Shown here: positions 1 through 10,927 of the stretch, one piece after another
Position numbering within the stretch: the first letter of the stretch is position 1
Layout of the letters: the number at the start of each line of letters is the position of its first letter
DNA from: Candidatus Hydrogenedentota bacterium
Lineage (GTDB): Bacteria; Hydrogenedentota; Hydrogenedentia; Hydrogenedentales; SLHB01
NCBI GenBank assembly: GCA_045863335.1
Contig: BTVY01000012.1
Coordinates: 32,001 to 96,000, forward strand
Length of the DNA stretch: 64,000 bases
Direction: 5' to 3'
Made by a program: the position numbers and the translations under genes
Notes under the pieces: model-generated
The model's input: the letters and a program-made list of their open reading frames with translations, nothing else
The model's database searches: none
What the model was told of the DNA's origin: nothing

Positions 1-258
1 CCCGACGATGACCAGACACAGCACATGATGGCCGAGCACGGTGGCGCGGGCGACGTCTTGAAAGACTCCGCCCAGTACGCCGGTAAACATGGCGCGCTCT
101 TCGCCTTCCGCGATGGCGAAATAGATGACCATCAACAGCGTAAGATTGGGCGTGACGTCCATGACGCTGATGGCTTTAAGCCAGGTGGTTTCGATCAGGG
201 CCGCGGCGGTCACGGCCACTGCCCAAAAGAGGTTTCGCCGTATCAACCCGTGACTCAT
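1..258 (-). CDS. mreD: Rod shape-determining protein MreD (partial, runs off the window)
   Basis: Manual translation from ATG 258, which overlaps the mreC stop: MSHGLIRRNLFWAVAVTAAALIETTWL...VTPNLTLLMVIYFAI...GVLGGVFQDV. Hydrophobic, and follows mreB-mreC. Confidence 0.85.
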   Translation of the reverse strand, partial: MSHGLIRRNLFWAVAVTAAALIETTWLKAISVMDVTPNLTLLMVIYFAIAEGEERAMFTGVLGGVFQDVARATVLGHHVLCLVIVG

Positions 259-1277
259 GGCGCGTACCGTTCCTGCACCGACCGGGTGTCCGGCATGGCG
301 AAAGGTTCCGATTTGGAATTGGAGGCGGTTTTCTTGCGCGCATCTTCATCTTCCGGCGCGGGGATCTCCACGCCCGCATTCGCGCCGGGCGGGGTAGCGC
401 CCGTCAGCTCGGCGAGTGTCGGCTGCGCGCGGCGGACCAGGAAGAGTTCGTCCACGCTATAGGGATCGGCATAGGGCTCGATGAAGGCGACCTGGAACAG
501 CGACCCGCCTTTCTCGACCTCGATGATCTTTCCGATTGGGTATTCGCTGGGGAAGATGCCGCTGCCGCTGGTGATGACTTCATCTCCGGGGCGCACGATG
601 TGTTGGGTGTCGATATATTCCATTTTGCAGATATGACTGTAGTCGCTGCCGCTGCCGTGAACGGTGGCGCGCACCCGTTTGTCGCGCGAAACCATGGCGC
701 CGATCTTGCAATAGTCGCTGTGCAGGGTGGCCACGTAGGCAAGTGTAGGCTCCACCTTGATGACAATGCCTACGACGCCGTCCTTCGTCATAGCGCACAT
801 GGCCTCTTCGACGCCGTGAATGCTGCCCCGATTGATTACGAGCACGCCGGCGGTATTGGAAATGATCCCCGCGGCGAGGGGACTGTCGGAAACGGGCAAG
901 ACGGAGGCGGGCAATACGCCCAGGCGGTGTTGATCTTTCTCGAATTCCAGCATTTCCCTGAGGCGCTGGTTTTCGGCTTCCAGGGCGTCGCGGTCGGCAA
1001 TTCGCGGTACCAGCGAGGTGATTTCGTGGCGCAGGTTCTCGGCTTCCACGCGGGACGCGTTGTAGGCAACAACGAAGGAAGTGACGTATTCAACGCGATG
1101 CTGCACGGCGGACATGGCTTGCCAGAATGGAAACGCGACGACGGAAACGGCCTTGCTTACCGAGTTGGAAAGTACGTTCCCCTTGGTGCCGGACGCCAGC
1201 GACATGAGTGACAGCACGACCAGCACCACCAGGATTATCGTAGGCCGGTTTTCGCTTATGCGGCGTGAGAGCATCAC
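255..1277 (-). CDS. mreC: Rod shape-determining protein MreC
   Basis: N-terminal TM helix, coiled coil (LEAENQRLREML), INRGS..GV, GVVG, GDEVITSG and FPSEYPIG motifs; downstream of mreB. Confidence 0.95.
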   Translation of the reverse strand: MMLSRRISENRPTIILVVLVVLSLMSLASGTKGNVLSNSVSKAVSVVAFPFWQAMSAVQHRVEYVTSFVVAYNASRVEAENLRHEITSLVPRIADRDALEAENQRLREMLEFEKDQHRLGVLPASVLPVSDSPLAAGIISNTAGVLVINRGSIHGVEEAMCAMTKDGVVGIVIKVEPTLAYVATLHSDYCKIGAMVSRDKRVRATVHGSGSDYSHICKMEYIDTQHIVRPGDEVITSGSGIFPSEYPIGKIIEVEKGGSLFQVAFIEPYADPYSVDELFLVRRAQPTLAELTGATPPGANAGVEIPAPEDEDARKKTASNSKSEPFAMPDTRSVQERYAP

Positions 1278-1280
1278 GGA

Positions 1281-2390
<1,110 letters not shown>

Positions 2391-2408
2391 TCACAACAAG
2401 CCGCGGCG

Positions 2409-2437
2409 ATTATAGCAGAAGCGATCCGGAAATCCAA
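2409..2437 (-). promoter_or_regulatory. Sigma70-like promoter of mreBCD
   Basis: Minus strand TTGGAT-17 bp-TATAAT with extended -10 TG. Confidence 0.55.
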
Positions 2438-2661
2438 TAAGAATCTAAAACATCCCAAACCATACCACATATTGGGGTTGCGGCGTTTGCTCAACCGATG
2501 ACGTTTTGCACTGAATCACCTCCCGTCGATGTCACTCCCCAAGCGATTGCCTCAAGGTGCGGCCGCTGTGGTAGTCTCAATACGTCTGGTTGCAGGAAGG
2601 TTGCGGACCGGTCCGGTCCGCCAATTGCACGTTTTCAAACACGACGCAAGGAGCCCCGTAA

Positions 2662-3462
2662 ATGCTGTCCCAAGAGCAAATAGACTTCTTCAATGAGAAC
2701 GGATTTCTGCGTATCCCCCAGGTCTTTTCGCCGGCAGAAATGGACGATTTGGAATCGGAATTGGATTACCTCATGGACCACTGGGCGAGCACGGAGATGG
2801 GATGGTCGGGTCCTTGGCGGAAGGTGTACATGGATGCCGATACGGAGAAGAAGTCGAAGCTGACGTCGCTGCACGACCTTCATTTCTACTCCGAAGCCTG
2901 GATGCGGGCGGTAACGAACCCGCGAATGGCAGACGCGTTGTCGGCACTGATCGGGCCGAATGTGGAATTGCATCACACGACGCTCCATGCGAAACCGCCG
3001 GAGAGCGGGCACCCCTTCCCCATGCATCAGGACAACGCATTCTACGAGCATACCGATGGCCGGTATGTGGATGCGCTGGTGCATCTCGACGACACGTTTC
3101 ACGAGAACGGCGAGATTCGGTTCCTGGCGGGGTCGCACAAGAGCGGGTATTTACCGCACATCACGCAAACGCCGGACGGGGAGTCGTGTACGCCGCACTT
3201 GAACACGGACGAGTACAGGTTGGAGCAGACGGTTCCGGTGCCGGCGAAGCGGGGCGACGTGGTGGTGTTCAACATCTTCACGGTGCACGGCAGTTACATC
3301 AACACGACGAACAAAGTCCGCCGGATGGTGCGATGCGGCTATCGCGATCCAGAGAATAAACAAATCTCTGGGCAGAGCATGGGGCGTCCGAACATCATGG
3401 TCAAGGGCAGGCGCGCGCGCACGACGGAAACCGAGCCGCTGACGAATGAGGCGGTGGTGTAA
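2662..3462 (+). CDS. Phytanoyl-CoA dioxygenase (PhyH) family Fe(II)/2OG oxygenase
   Basis: FFNENGFL N-terminus, HQD...HGS facial triad, downstream RR. Confidence 0.9.
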   Translation: MLSQEQIDFFNENGFLRIPQVFSPAEMDDLESELDYLMDHWASTEMGWSGPWRKVYMDADTEKKSKLTSLHDLHFYSEAWMRAVTNPRMADALSALIGPNVELHHTTLHAKPPESGHPFPMHQDNAFYEHTDGRYVDALVHLDDTFHENGEIRFLAGSHKSGYLPHITQTPDGESCTPHLNTDEYRLEQTVPVPAKRGDVVVFNIFTVHGSYINTTNKVRRMVRCGYRDPENKQISGQSMGRPNIMVKGRRARTTETEPLTNEAVV

Positions 3463-3553
3463 AGGCGTTTTACACCTCGCTGCATTGCGCATTTCACGGA
3501 TGCAGGCGTATAGTTGGCGTGGATATGGGTCGATTCCTCGGGGGAGTTCTGCC

Positions 3554-3877
3554 ATGGCCTTAATCGCTTGCCAGGAATGCGGCAAATCCGTAAGTGATCG
3601 CGCATTGAGTTGTCCGCATTGCGGATTCCCGCTCAAAGAAGATCCGGTGTTGAATTACGCCGAACGGCGCGTCCGCGTGGGATACTGGTTGGGGTGGATC
3701 TGGCTCGGGTTCGGGGTTATCTTCGCGCTAGGGTCCATCGTAAACTCCGATTTCATAGGGCTCGCGGCGGGATGTATAGTTATAGGCGCCTTGATTCTCG
3801 CGGCCAGTCTTATGCGCGAATACATGGTCCGCAAGAGTAAGGTAGGGCCGAACGGAACCGGACAGAGGTACCGCTAA
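3554..3877 (+). CDS. Zinc-ribbon domain membrane protein
   Basis: MALIACQECGKSVSDRALSCPHCGFP followed by two TM helices; GGGGAG RBS. Confidence 0.8.
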   Translation: MALIACQECGKSVSDRALSCPHCGFPLKEDPVLNYAERRVRVGYWLGWIWLGFGVIFALGSIVNSDFIGLAAGCIVIGALILAASLMREYMVRKSKVGPNGTGQRYR

Positions 3878-3884
3878 CGCCGGC

Positions 3885-5474
3885 CTATTCCTGCACTCTC
3901 GAATGCGCGAGCGCTTCCAACTCTGGTGACAACTTCCCGCCCAAGTCGGCCGCGCGTTTCGCGGCTGCCGAGGCCGCTTCGATATCGCCTTTTCCGAGAT
4001 GCAGCTCCGCAAGGGCTTCGTAGGGTTCCGAGTCGTCGGACAACAGAAGTGCCGCACGCTGATACGATTCGATGGCGCGATCAATGTCACCCGCGTCGCG
4101 GAGGATTGCGCCGAAGTCGAGCCACACGGCCGGATTGGCGCGGTCGATTTGAGCGGCCCGGGATATCGCCGCGAAGGCTTGTTGGCGATTGCCCTGGGCG
4201 TTGAAGACGCGCGCCAGGCCGGCGTAGGCCAAGGCGCTGTCCGGCTGCAAACGAATCGCCCATTCGAAGGACTGCCGCGCGGCATCGAAGTTTTCCATCT
4301 TCTCGTAGACAATGCCCATGTTGATGTAGGCGTCGACGTATTGCGGGTTCAATTGGAGGGCCTTTTGATACGCGGCGAGGGCGCCTTCCAGATCGCCGGA
4401 ATCTTCGAGGGGGAACGCGAGACGCGCGTAGCCGTCGGGATCGTTGGGGACTAACTCGGTGTACTTGCGGTAGAGCGTGATGGATTCGTTGAACCGGTCC
4501 ATCTCATAGAGAATCTGCGCGAGGTTATAGACCGTCTTGGCGTCGTCGGGGCAGAGGTCCAATGCGTTGCGGTACGCCTTCGCCGCGGCGTCGCGATCGC
4601 CGGTCGCGTAGCGCGCGCTGCCCAAACCGCCGAGGGCTTCGCGGTACGTGGGGTCGGCTTTCACCGCCTTCTCGAAGTTGGCGTTGGCGGCTTCGAGGTT
4701 TCCCGCGTTCAGGTCCAGGAAGCCGAGTCCGCTTAGGGCTTCGGCACTCCGCGGGTCGAACTCCAGCGCCATGGAATAGTAGCTGCGGGCGAGGTCCAGA
4801 TTTCCGCGATGCTGGATGGCGAGAGCGGTCTGGGTGAGCACCACGGCGACGGTCTGCTTCTTGTCCAGGGCGCGGTAGTCTTCGGGACGGACGCAGGGGA
4901 ACGGCAAATAGGTTGCGAGGTAGTCCTTGCTTCCGTGAACTTCGCCCTTGTCGGTGGTCTCTATGTACAGCGGCGGCGAGCTGTCGTGTTCGACAAAGAC
5001 GTGCCCGCGTCCGGCGACCATGCGCAAAGAAATGCCGAGCCGTTCGCCGAGGGTGACGTAGAGAACAGTCAAACCGAAGCAGTTCCACTGCTGTTGATCG
5101 AGGACTTCGTTGAATCCCACAAAGACATCCGGAGCAACCACCTCGCTACGACCGAATCCCCAATCGAGATAGATCACGGCGGCCATCATGCGCAACCGGG
5201 ATTTGGGATCGGTGCGGGATGCGAGGCGCGCTTCTAATTCGTTGGCGAGGCCGTCGAGTTTGCTTTCGTAGCGATCGACGCGGACGGCGGGGTTGACGCC
5301 TTTGGCGATAATCAGGGCGGCTTCGGCGAGATCGATTTCGGCTTCGGGAAGTCTGGCCAACTCGGATAATTCGGCGAAGGTTGGCGGCGCAGAACCGCTG
5401 GGCGCTTGGGCAAGAAGCGGCGCTGAGAGCGACAGGAGAATCGTTGCGTATCGGAGGAGCGGGGGAATTCTCAC
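3885..5474 (-). CDS. Secreted SirB1/transglutaminase-like domain protein with C-terminal TPR array
   Basis: Signal peptide; WNCFGLTVLY...GHVFV...YIET; about 9 TPR-like units; GTG start after GAGGGA. Confidence 0.8.
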   Translation of the reverse strand: MRIPPLLRYATILLSLSAPLLAQAPSGSAPPTFAELSELARLPEAEIDLAEAALIIAKGVNPAVRVDRYESKLDGLANELEARLASRTDPKSRLRMMAAVIYLDWGFGRSEVVAPDVFVGFNEVLDQQQWNCFGLTVLYVTLGERLGISLRMVAGRGHVFVEHDSSPPLYIETTDKGEVHGSKDYLATYLPFPCVRPEDYRALDKKQTVAVVLTQTALAIQHRGNLDLARSYYSMALEFDPRSAEALSGLGFLDLNAGNLEAANANFEKAVKADPTYREALGGLGSARYATGDRDAAAKAYRNALDLCPDDAKTVYNLAQILYEMDRFNESITLYRKYTELVPNDPDGYARLAFPLEDSGDLEGALAAYQKALQLNPQYVDAYINMGIVYEKMENFDAARQSFEWAIRLQPDSALAYAGLARVFNAQGNRQQAFAAISRAAQIDRANPAVWLDFGAILRDAGDIDRAIESYQRAALLLSDDSEPYEALAELHLGKGDIEAASAAAKRAADLGGKLSPELEALAHSRVQE

Positions 5475-5490
5475 TTGATGTCCCTCTTGT

Positions 5491-5530
5491 CTACACGGAC
5501 CTACACGGACAGGCACGGACACACGCGGAC
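5491..5530. repeat. 10-nt tandem repeat ending CGGAC, 4 units
   Basis: ctacacggac ctacacggac aggcacggac acacgcggac. Confidence 0.8.
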
Positions 5531-5705
5531 GCGAGGCTGCGTTTGTTTTGGCAAGGCCGATCGCGCTATGCTTCCGTCGGTGCCGGGAGGCGCCTTATCC
5601 GCGAAAGATGGTATCACTCCCAAGACGTTCAAACGAATTCGTGAGAGAATTTCCTTTGTGGACAGTGCGGATCGCGTCCACGATACAGACAAAGGAATCG
5701 ATCTC

Positions 5706-6245
5706 ATGGCCCGTCCTATCCCATCCCTCGAAGAATGCAAACGCGACGCATCTCTGCTGCTCAAAGACCTGAAGTCGGAGCGAGCCGACGTGGCGAAGAA
5801 TGCCGCCGAACGTTTCCGGAGGATCGCTCCGTTCCGCGAGCAGACCGAAGACGAAATTCTCGCGAATTGCGATGCGATTCAGCGCAAACATGCCCTTGCC
5901 GTCGTCGCCCGCGAGCACGGTTACGCGGCGTGGAAGAACTTGAAGGACGCCGCCGATGTGCTGTGGTGTCCGCCGGGTTCGAGCGCGTTCTGGCACAACT
6001 GGTGCAAGTCGCACGAGGAAGCGCGGTCTTACCTCGAAGCGAACGGCGGGTATTTGCTCACGGCCCACGGCAAGTGGTTCATTGCGGAACGCGGATACAT
6101 CGAGCATCTCGGGCTGGACCCCGAGGATCCACGCTGGGAAGCGATCGGGTTCGACATGCATGAACCGAAAGATGCCGCAGCGCGCGACGGACTGATCGCC
6201 GATCGCAAGGCCGCGCGCGATCGCGCAGCCAATACATCGCGGTAG
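5706..6245 (+). CDS. Hypothetical protein
   Basis: ATG after AAAGGA; MARPIPSLEECKRDASLLLK...WCKSHEEAR...GGYLL; host-like codon usage. Confidence 0.7.
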   Translation: MARPIPSLEECKRDASLLLKDLKSERADVAKNAAERFRRIAPFREQTEDEILANCDAIQRKHALAVVAREHGYAAWKNLKDAADVLWCPPGSSAFWHNWCKSHEEARSYLEANGGYLLTAHGKWFIAERGYIEHLGLDPEDPRWEAIGFDMHEPKDAAARDGLIADRKAARDRAANTSR

Positions 6246-6257
6246 ACGACCCGACAT

Positions 6258-6329
6258 GTAGCGCAGGCGTCCCCGCCTGCAATTCTTGGAAGTTAATGGG
6301 AAGAATGCAGGCGAGGACGCCTGCGCTAC
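6258..6329. repeat. GTAG-type REP doublet (REPIN-like) between convergent genes
   Basis: gtagcgcaggcgtccccgcctgca ... tgcaggcgaggacgcctgcgctac. Confidence 0.85.
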
Positions 6330-6367
6330 GTTATGCGGTTTGGAAACTGCCAAATCGTCCGGCGATA

Positions 6368-7441
6368 CTAGCCTGACGTCCAGACCTCCTGTAAGAACCG
6401 TATCACATTCCCATGAAAGATGGCCTCGATATCTTCTGCGCCGTATCCGCGTGCGGTGAGCAAATCCTGGTACTTGGCCAGGTCGGCGATGGTGTTGAGG
6501 TCGGCGGGGCATTGTTCGCGGCCGAAGCCGCCGTCGAGGTCGGAGCCGATACAAACGTGGTTGGCGTTGCCGGCGAGTTGGCAGATGTGGTCGATATGAT
6601 CGACGACGTGCTCCATTCTGAGCCCGGCTTCTTCGGGCAGGGTCTTGTGCTTAATCCAGCCGGGGATCACCATCCATGCGTCGAGGACCGCGCCGATGAC
6701 CGCGCCGCGCTCGATGAGCAGGCGGATCTGGTCGTCGGAGAATTGGCGTTCGCCGGGGACGACGGTGCGGCAGTTGGAATGGCTGGCCCAGACTGGGCCG
6801 TGGAAATGGTCCATGGCTTCCCAGAAACTGTCGTCGCAGAGATGAGTGGCGTCCAGGATCACATTCAGGCGCGCCATTTCGTCGAGGAGTTCCCGTCCGC
6901 GCGGGCCGAGTCCGCCGGTGGCTTCGGTGCCTTGGGCGTAGGTGCCGGGTCCGTAGTGGGCGGGTCCGACGGCGCGGACGCCTTGGGTATAGAAGCCTTC
7001 GAGATGGGCGGGCGTGATGATGGCGTCGGCGCATTCCATGCTCAAGACGTAGCCGATGGGGGCGTTCGCCGACGGATCGCCTTTCCATAACGCCGCATGA
7101 CGCTCCAGTCCGGCTACGTCGACAATGGCGGTCATCTCCCCCGCTTCTTCCATGGCGCGGTACCATGCGAGCTGCCATTGCGTCATGGCCCAGGCCTGTT
7201 CCGGACTGTTCGAGCCGGGCAGCGGGTTGCCGGGTTTCACGTAGCGCGCGATGAGCGTGGCCACGCAAAGCCCCACGCCGCCGCGGCGCATCTCCGGCAG
7301 GCACACGACGCCATTGCCGCGGTCCGGATAGTCCGTGAGATCGCGTTCGCGTTCGCGGATCTCTTCGATAGACCGGGTGAGATCGCGGTTCCAAAGCGTC
7401 GCGTTCATGGCGAGATCGAGATGGATGTCGAAGAGGAGCAT
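6368..7441 (-). CDS. Membrane dipeptidase (peptidase M19)
   Basis: DIHLD, LSMECAD, LDATH, ASHSN and IGSDLDG motifs. Confidence 0.92.
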   Translation of the reverse strand: MLLFDIHLDLAMNATLWNRDLTRSIEEIRERERDLTDYPDRGNGVVCLPEMRRGGVGLCVATLIARYVKPGNPLPGSNSPEQAWAMTQWQLAWYRAMEEAGEMTAIVDVAGLERHAALWKGDPSANAPIGYVLSMECADAIITPAHLEGFYTQGVRAVGPAHYGPGTYAQGTEATGGLGPRGRELLDEMARLNVILDATHLCDDSFWEAMDHFHGPVWASHSNCRTVVPGERQFSDDQIRLLIERGAVIGAVLDAWMVIPGWIKHKTLPEEAGLRMEHVVDHIDHICQLAGNANHVCIGSDLDGGFGREQCPADLNTIADLAKYQDLLTARGYGAEDIEAIFHGNVIRFLQEVWTSG

Positions 7442-7473
7442 GCGGCGATTCCTGGTTCGGGGCAGACACAGTA

Positions 7474-7511
7474 ATCGGACGGATCAGACCGATGGGCCCG
7501 ATCCGTCCGAT
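7474..7511. repeat. Palindrome with a perfect 12-bp stem downstream of pepF
   Basis: atcggacggatc ... gatccgtccgat. Confidence 0.7.
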
Positions 7512-7516
7512 CGGGG

Positions 7517-9322
7517 TTATACCAATTCTTCCAATTCGTCGACGAGCGTGGCGAACCGTTTCATGGCGGTGGCCACGGGTTCCGGTTGTTCCATATCGAC
7601 GCCCGCGTCGCGGAGCAATTCCAGGGGGAACTTCGAGCCGCCGCTTCCCAGGAAGTTGAGGTAGCGGTCGCGATCCTGTTTGCCGCCGTTGAGCACTTTC
7701 TGCGATAAGGCGATGGCCGCCGATATGCCGGTCGCGTACTTGTATACGTAGAAGGCGTGGTAGAAATGGGGAATCCGCAGGCCTTCCAGCGACAACTCCT
7801 CGTCGATCGCGAAGTCGGGTCCGAAATACAGCTTCAACAGTTTCAGATATTCCTCGCGCAGTCGCTCGAGAGTGAGCGGTTCGCCGACCTCGGCGATGGC
7901 GTGGATGACTTTCTCGAATTCCGCGAACATGGTCTGGCGCACGAGGGTGCCGCGGATCTCATCGATCTCCTTGTTGATAAGAAAGGCGCGCATCTTCTTG
8001 TCCTTCGCCTTGGACAGTAGATGCCGGTTCAAGAGTTGCTCGTTGAACGTCGACGCCACTTCGGCCACGAAAATCGTGTAGTCGTAGTATTGGAAGGGCT
8101 GATTGCGGGCGCTGTAGTACGTGTGCATCGAGTGGCCCGCTTCATGGGCGAGCGTAAACATGCTGTCGATGACGTCTTCGCGGTAGTTCATGAGGATGTA
8201 GGGCGGTCCGGCGAATCCACCCGCTGAGAAGGCGCCACTACGCTTGTTTTTGTTCTCATAGCGGTCCACCCATCGGCCGTTCAACAGGCCTTTCTCGAGC
8301 GTCCGGCAGTACTCCGATCCGAGCGGTTCGAGGGCTTCGCAAATGGTTTTGACCGCTTTGTCGTAGGGATTCTTCGTGCGCTTCATTTCCACGATGGGCA
8401 CGTAGGTATCGTAGGTGTGAAGGTCTTTGAGTTTGAGCGCCTTCCGCCGGACTTCATGGTACCGGTAGACCGTCTTGATGTTCTTGTGCACGGCCTTGAT
8501 GAGGCTGTCGTATACGGCGATGGGCACGTTGTCGTGAAAGAGCGACCCTTCCAGCGCGGACGGATAGTTGCGCACGCGGGACTGGTAGATATCCTGCTGA
8601 ACCGACGCGCTGAGCGTCGCCGCGACGGTGTTCGCGTGGGACTGGTATTGCTCGTAAAACTGGTGAAAGGCCGCCTTGCGGACTTCGCGCTTGGGCGACT
8701 CCAACAGGCTGCGGAAGGAACTCTGGGTCAGTTCTACCTTGCGGCCGCGCTCGTCCTTCACGGTGCCGAACTTGAGGTCGGCGTCGTTGAGCTGCCCGAA
8801 GACCCGGCCCGCCGTGCCGGCCACTTCGCCCTGCATGGCAAGGAGCCGCTCTTCCTTCTCGGACAAAATGTAGGGCCGGTAGCGCAAGAGCTTCTCCAAG
8901 GCGTACCGGAATTCTTTCAGCTTGGGATCTTTAAGGTACTTGTCGATCGTCTTTTTCGGAATCGCCTGGATCTCGGGGGCGATGAAGCTGGCCGCTTCGC
9001 TCGCGCGGGTCGCGACAAAGGTGTATTGCTGAATCATGCCTTGGTAGGTGCTGTTGGACACGTCTTCCGAGGCCTTGAGGAACGCGTACGAGCCCAGACG
9101 CTCGGCGAGCTTGTTGAACTCCACATCGAACTTATAACAGTCCAGCAACACCTTTGCGGAGGTGCCGAGCTTGCCGCGGAACTTCTCGAAGCGGGAAATC
9201 TGCTTCTCGAAATCTTTGAGCGCGGCCTGCCACGCCTTGTCGTCTTTGAAGAGATGCCGGAGGTCCCAGGTATCCGCAACCTTTACTTCTTTGCGCAAAG
9301 GGATCTTCTTCGTCGTTGCCAT
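7517..9322 (-). CDS. pepF: Oligoendopeptidase F (M3B)
   Basis: TWDL, KRSGAFS, TLAHEAGHSMH, FVAEVAS and IPHFY..FYVYKYA motifs. Confidence 0.97.
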   Translation of the reverse strand: MATTKKIPLRKEVKVADTWDLRHLFKDDKAWQAALKDFEKQISRFEKFRGKLGTSAKVLLDCYKFDVEFNKLAERLGSYAFLKASEDVSNSTYQGMIQQYTFVATRASEAASFIAPEIQAIPKKTIDKYLKDPKLKEFRYALEKLLRYRPYILSEKEERLLAMQGEVAGTAGRVFGQLNDADLKFGTVKDERGRKVELTQSSFRSLLESPKREVRKAAFHQFYEQYQSHANTVAATLSASVQQDIYQSRVRNYPSALEGSLFHDNVPIAVYDSLIKAVHKNIKTVYRYHEVRRKALKLKDLHTYDTYVPIVEMKRTKNPYDKAVKTICEALEPLGSEYCRTLEKGLLNGRWVDRYENKNKRSGAFSAGGFAGPPYILMNYREDVIDSMFTLAHEAGHSMHTYYSARNQPFQYYDYTIFVAEVASTFNEQLLNRHLLSKAKDKKMRAFLINKEIDEIRGTLVRQTMFAEFEKVIHAIAEVGEPLTLERLREEYLKLLKLYFGPDFAIDEELSLEGLRIPHFYHAFYVYKYATGISAAIALSQKVLNGGKQDRDRYLNFLGSGGSKFPLELLRDAGVDMEQPEPVATAMKRFATLVDELEELV

Positions 9323-9370
9323 GAAGGTACCTTTCTATAACGTTTCACGCCATGCAGAAGCGGCAGTATA

Positions 9371-10786
9371 TCAGGGAATCTCCGGTTCCAGCACGTGCAC
9401 GCCGAAACCGCGAATAGACAGGGTCAGCGTTCCGTGTTGCACGATGGTTTCTTGTTGTGTGAGCGGGTCGCGGTAGCTTGTGCCTTCCAGCGCGTCGAGT
9501 CCGTGGAGGGTGTAGACCAGCGGATCGCTCCACTCGTTCACGACCAGCAGATGGACCTTGTCACCGGACTGCTTGGGCAACACGCGGACGCCGCGATCGA
9601 CGGACCCCCAGGTCTCCGCCAAGGTGACGTCGATATCGAGATCGGCATCGGGCGCGGACAGGACGGGCTGTTGCGCGCTGAGTTCCGCGACGAGCGTGAG
9701 CAAGTCCGTCCAGAATCCGGAGTCTTTCTCAATGTACGCGGTGCCCCAATAGAGAATGCCGCGAGCGCCGTTGACGATGGCGTCGTAGGCCATGAACCGG
9801 GATTCCTCAAATGTGGGCCGGCGCAGCTCATCGCGTTTGGCCTGGTCATCCGTTTCGTCGGATATATCTGGCCACCCGAACCCTTGCAGGACCATCCAGA
9901 CCGGTTTGCCGGGCGCGGCCTCCTGCATGCGCTGCGTGTACGCGCCGACGCAGGAGAGCGACTTGTCGGCGAGGTCGGAGTGTCCGTTGTGGCGGCTTCG
10001 GGGAACCGGATAGATGTCGCACCCGACCGCGTCCGCGGCCCGATTGAACTCGGCGAGCTGCGCAATGCTGTTTCGCGGCGCATGGTTCATCCAGATAGGC
10101 CGTTCCGGGTCGATGGACTTGAGCACTCGGTACCCCTGCAACATCCCCGCGGCCATTTGTTCCGCGCGCTCGGGCGCGTTGGAGAGATTGAGGTCGGGAT
10201 TCGGCGGCGTTTTGTCGAGGCGACGCCAGATTTCGTCAGCGAGTTCCTCACCAACGCGAGGCTCCCCGCGTTCGAACGCGGCGTTCGCTTGATCGCGCAT
10301 GTCGCGCAACTCCGCCGCAAGGTCGGCGTTGTCCAGTTGGCTGATGAGGGCGTTCTGTTCGCGCGGCTCGTCACGGCGACGCCATAGCGTCGCGCCATAC
10401 CACACGTTCCACAACGCTTCGTCGGGGACCTCCCAAACCGCGAGCGCCGGGTGATGCGAGAAACCCGCGACCATTCGTTTCAACGCGGCTTCGCGCGATT
10501 CGGAATCGACGCTGAGATCGATGGATGCGCCGGTGTTGATCCACGCGTACATCTTCTTCGCCCACAACCGGTCGAGAGCGGCTTCGTCCGCGCTGGCGTG
10601 GATGAGATTGAAACCGGCCGCGGCCACCTGGTCCAGATTCTCATCCGGTGGATTCTCGTAAAGCCCGAGGACAAAGACGCGCTGTCCGTCGACCACCAGC
10701 ATTCCGTCTTCGGCAATTGCGGAGTCGGCGGCCCAGGCGCCTCCGGGGATTAGAAGTCCAGCGAGCACAAGGATGATATGTTTCAT
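9371..10786 (-). CDS. Secreted putative glycoside hydrolase (TIM-barrel, unclassified)
   Basis: Signal peptide; W.VPDE, GCDIYP, KPVWMVLQGF and AIVNGARGILYW motifs. Confidence 0.65.
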   Translation of the reverse strand: MKHIILVLAGLLIPGGAWAADSAIAEDGMLVVDGQRVFVLGLYENPPDENLDQVAAAGFNLIHASADEAALDRLWAKKMYAWINTGASIDLSVDSESREAALKRMVAGFSHHPALAVWEVPDEALWNVWYGATLWRRRDEPREQNALISQLDNADLAAELRDMRDQANAAFERGEPRVGEELADEIWRRLDKTPPNPDLNLSNAPERAEQMAAGMLQGYRVLKSIDPERPIWMNHAPRNSIAQLAEFNRAADAVGCDIYPVPRSRHNGHSDLADKSLSCVGAYTQRMQEAAPGKPVWMVLQGFGWPDISDETDDQAKRDELRRPTFEESRFMAYDAIVNGARGILYWGTAYIEKDSGFWTDLLTLVAELSAQQPVLSAPDADLDIDVTLAETWGSVDRGVRVLPKQSGDKVHLLVVNEWSDPLVYTLHGLDALEGTSYRDPLTQQETIVQHGTLTLSIRGFGVHVLEPEIP

Positions 10787-10927
10787 TGTCAATACTCCCG
10801 GTGTTACTTCCCACGATCGCTTCATCGTAGATCATGCAGAGGGGAAGGGCAAGGCGCCGTTCGGTTTTGCGCGGCCCAGCGAAAGGACTATAATCGAACG
10901 GACACGGGCAAGAATGGGGGTTCAGAC

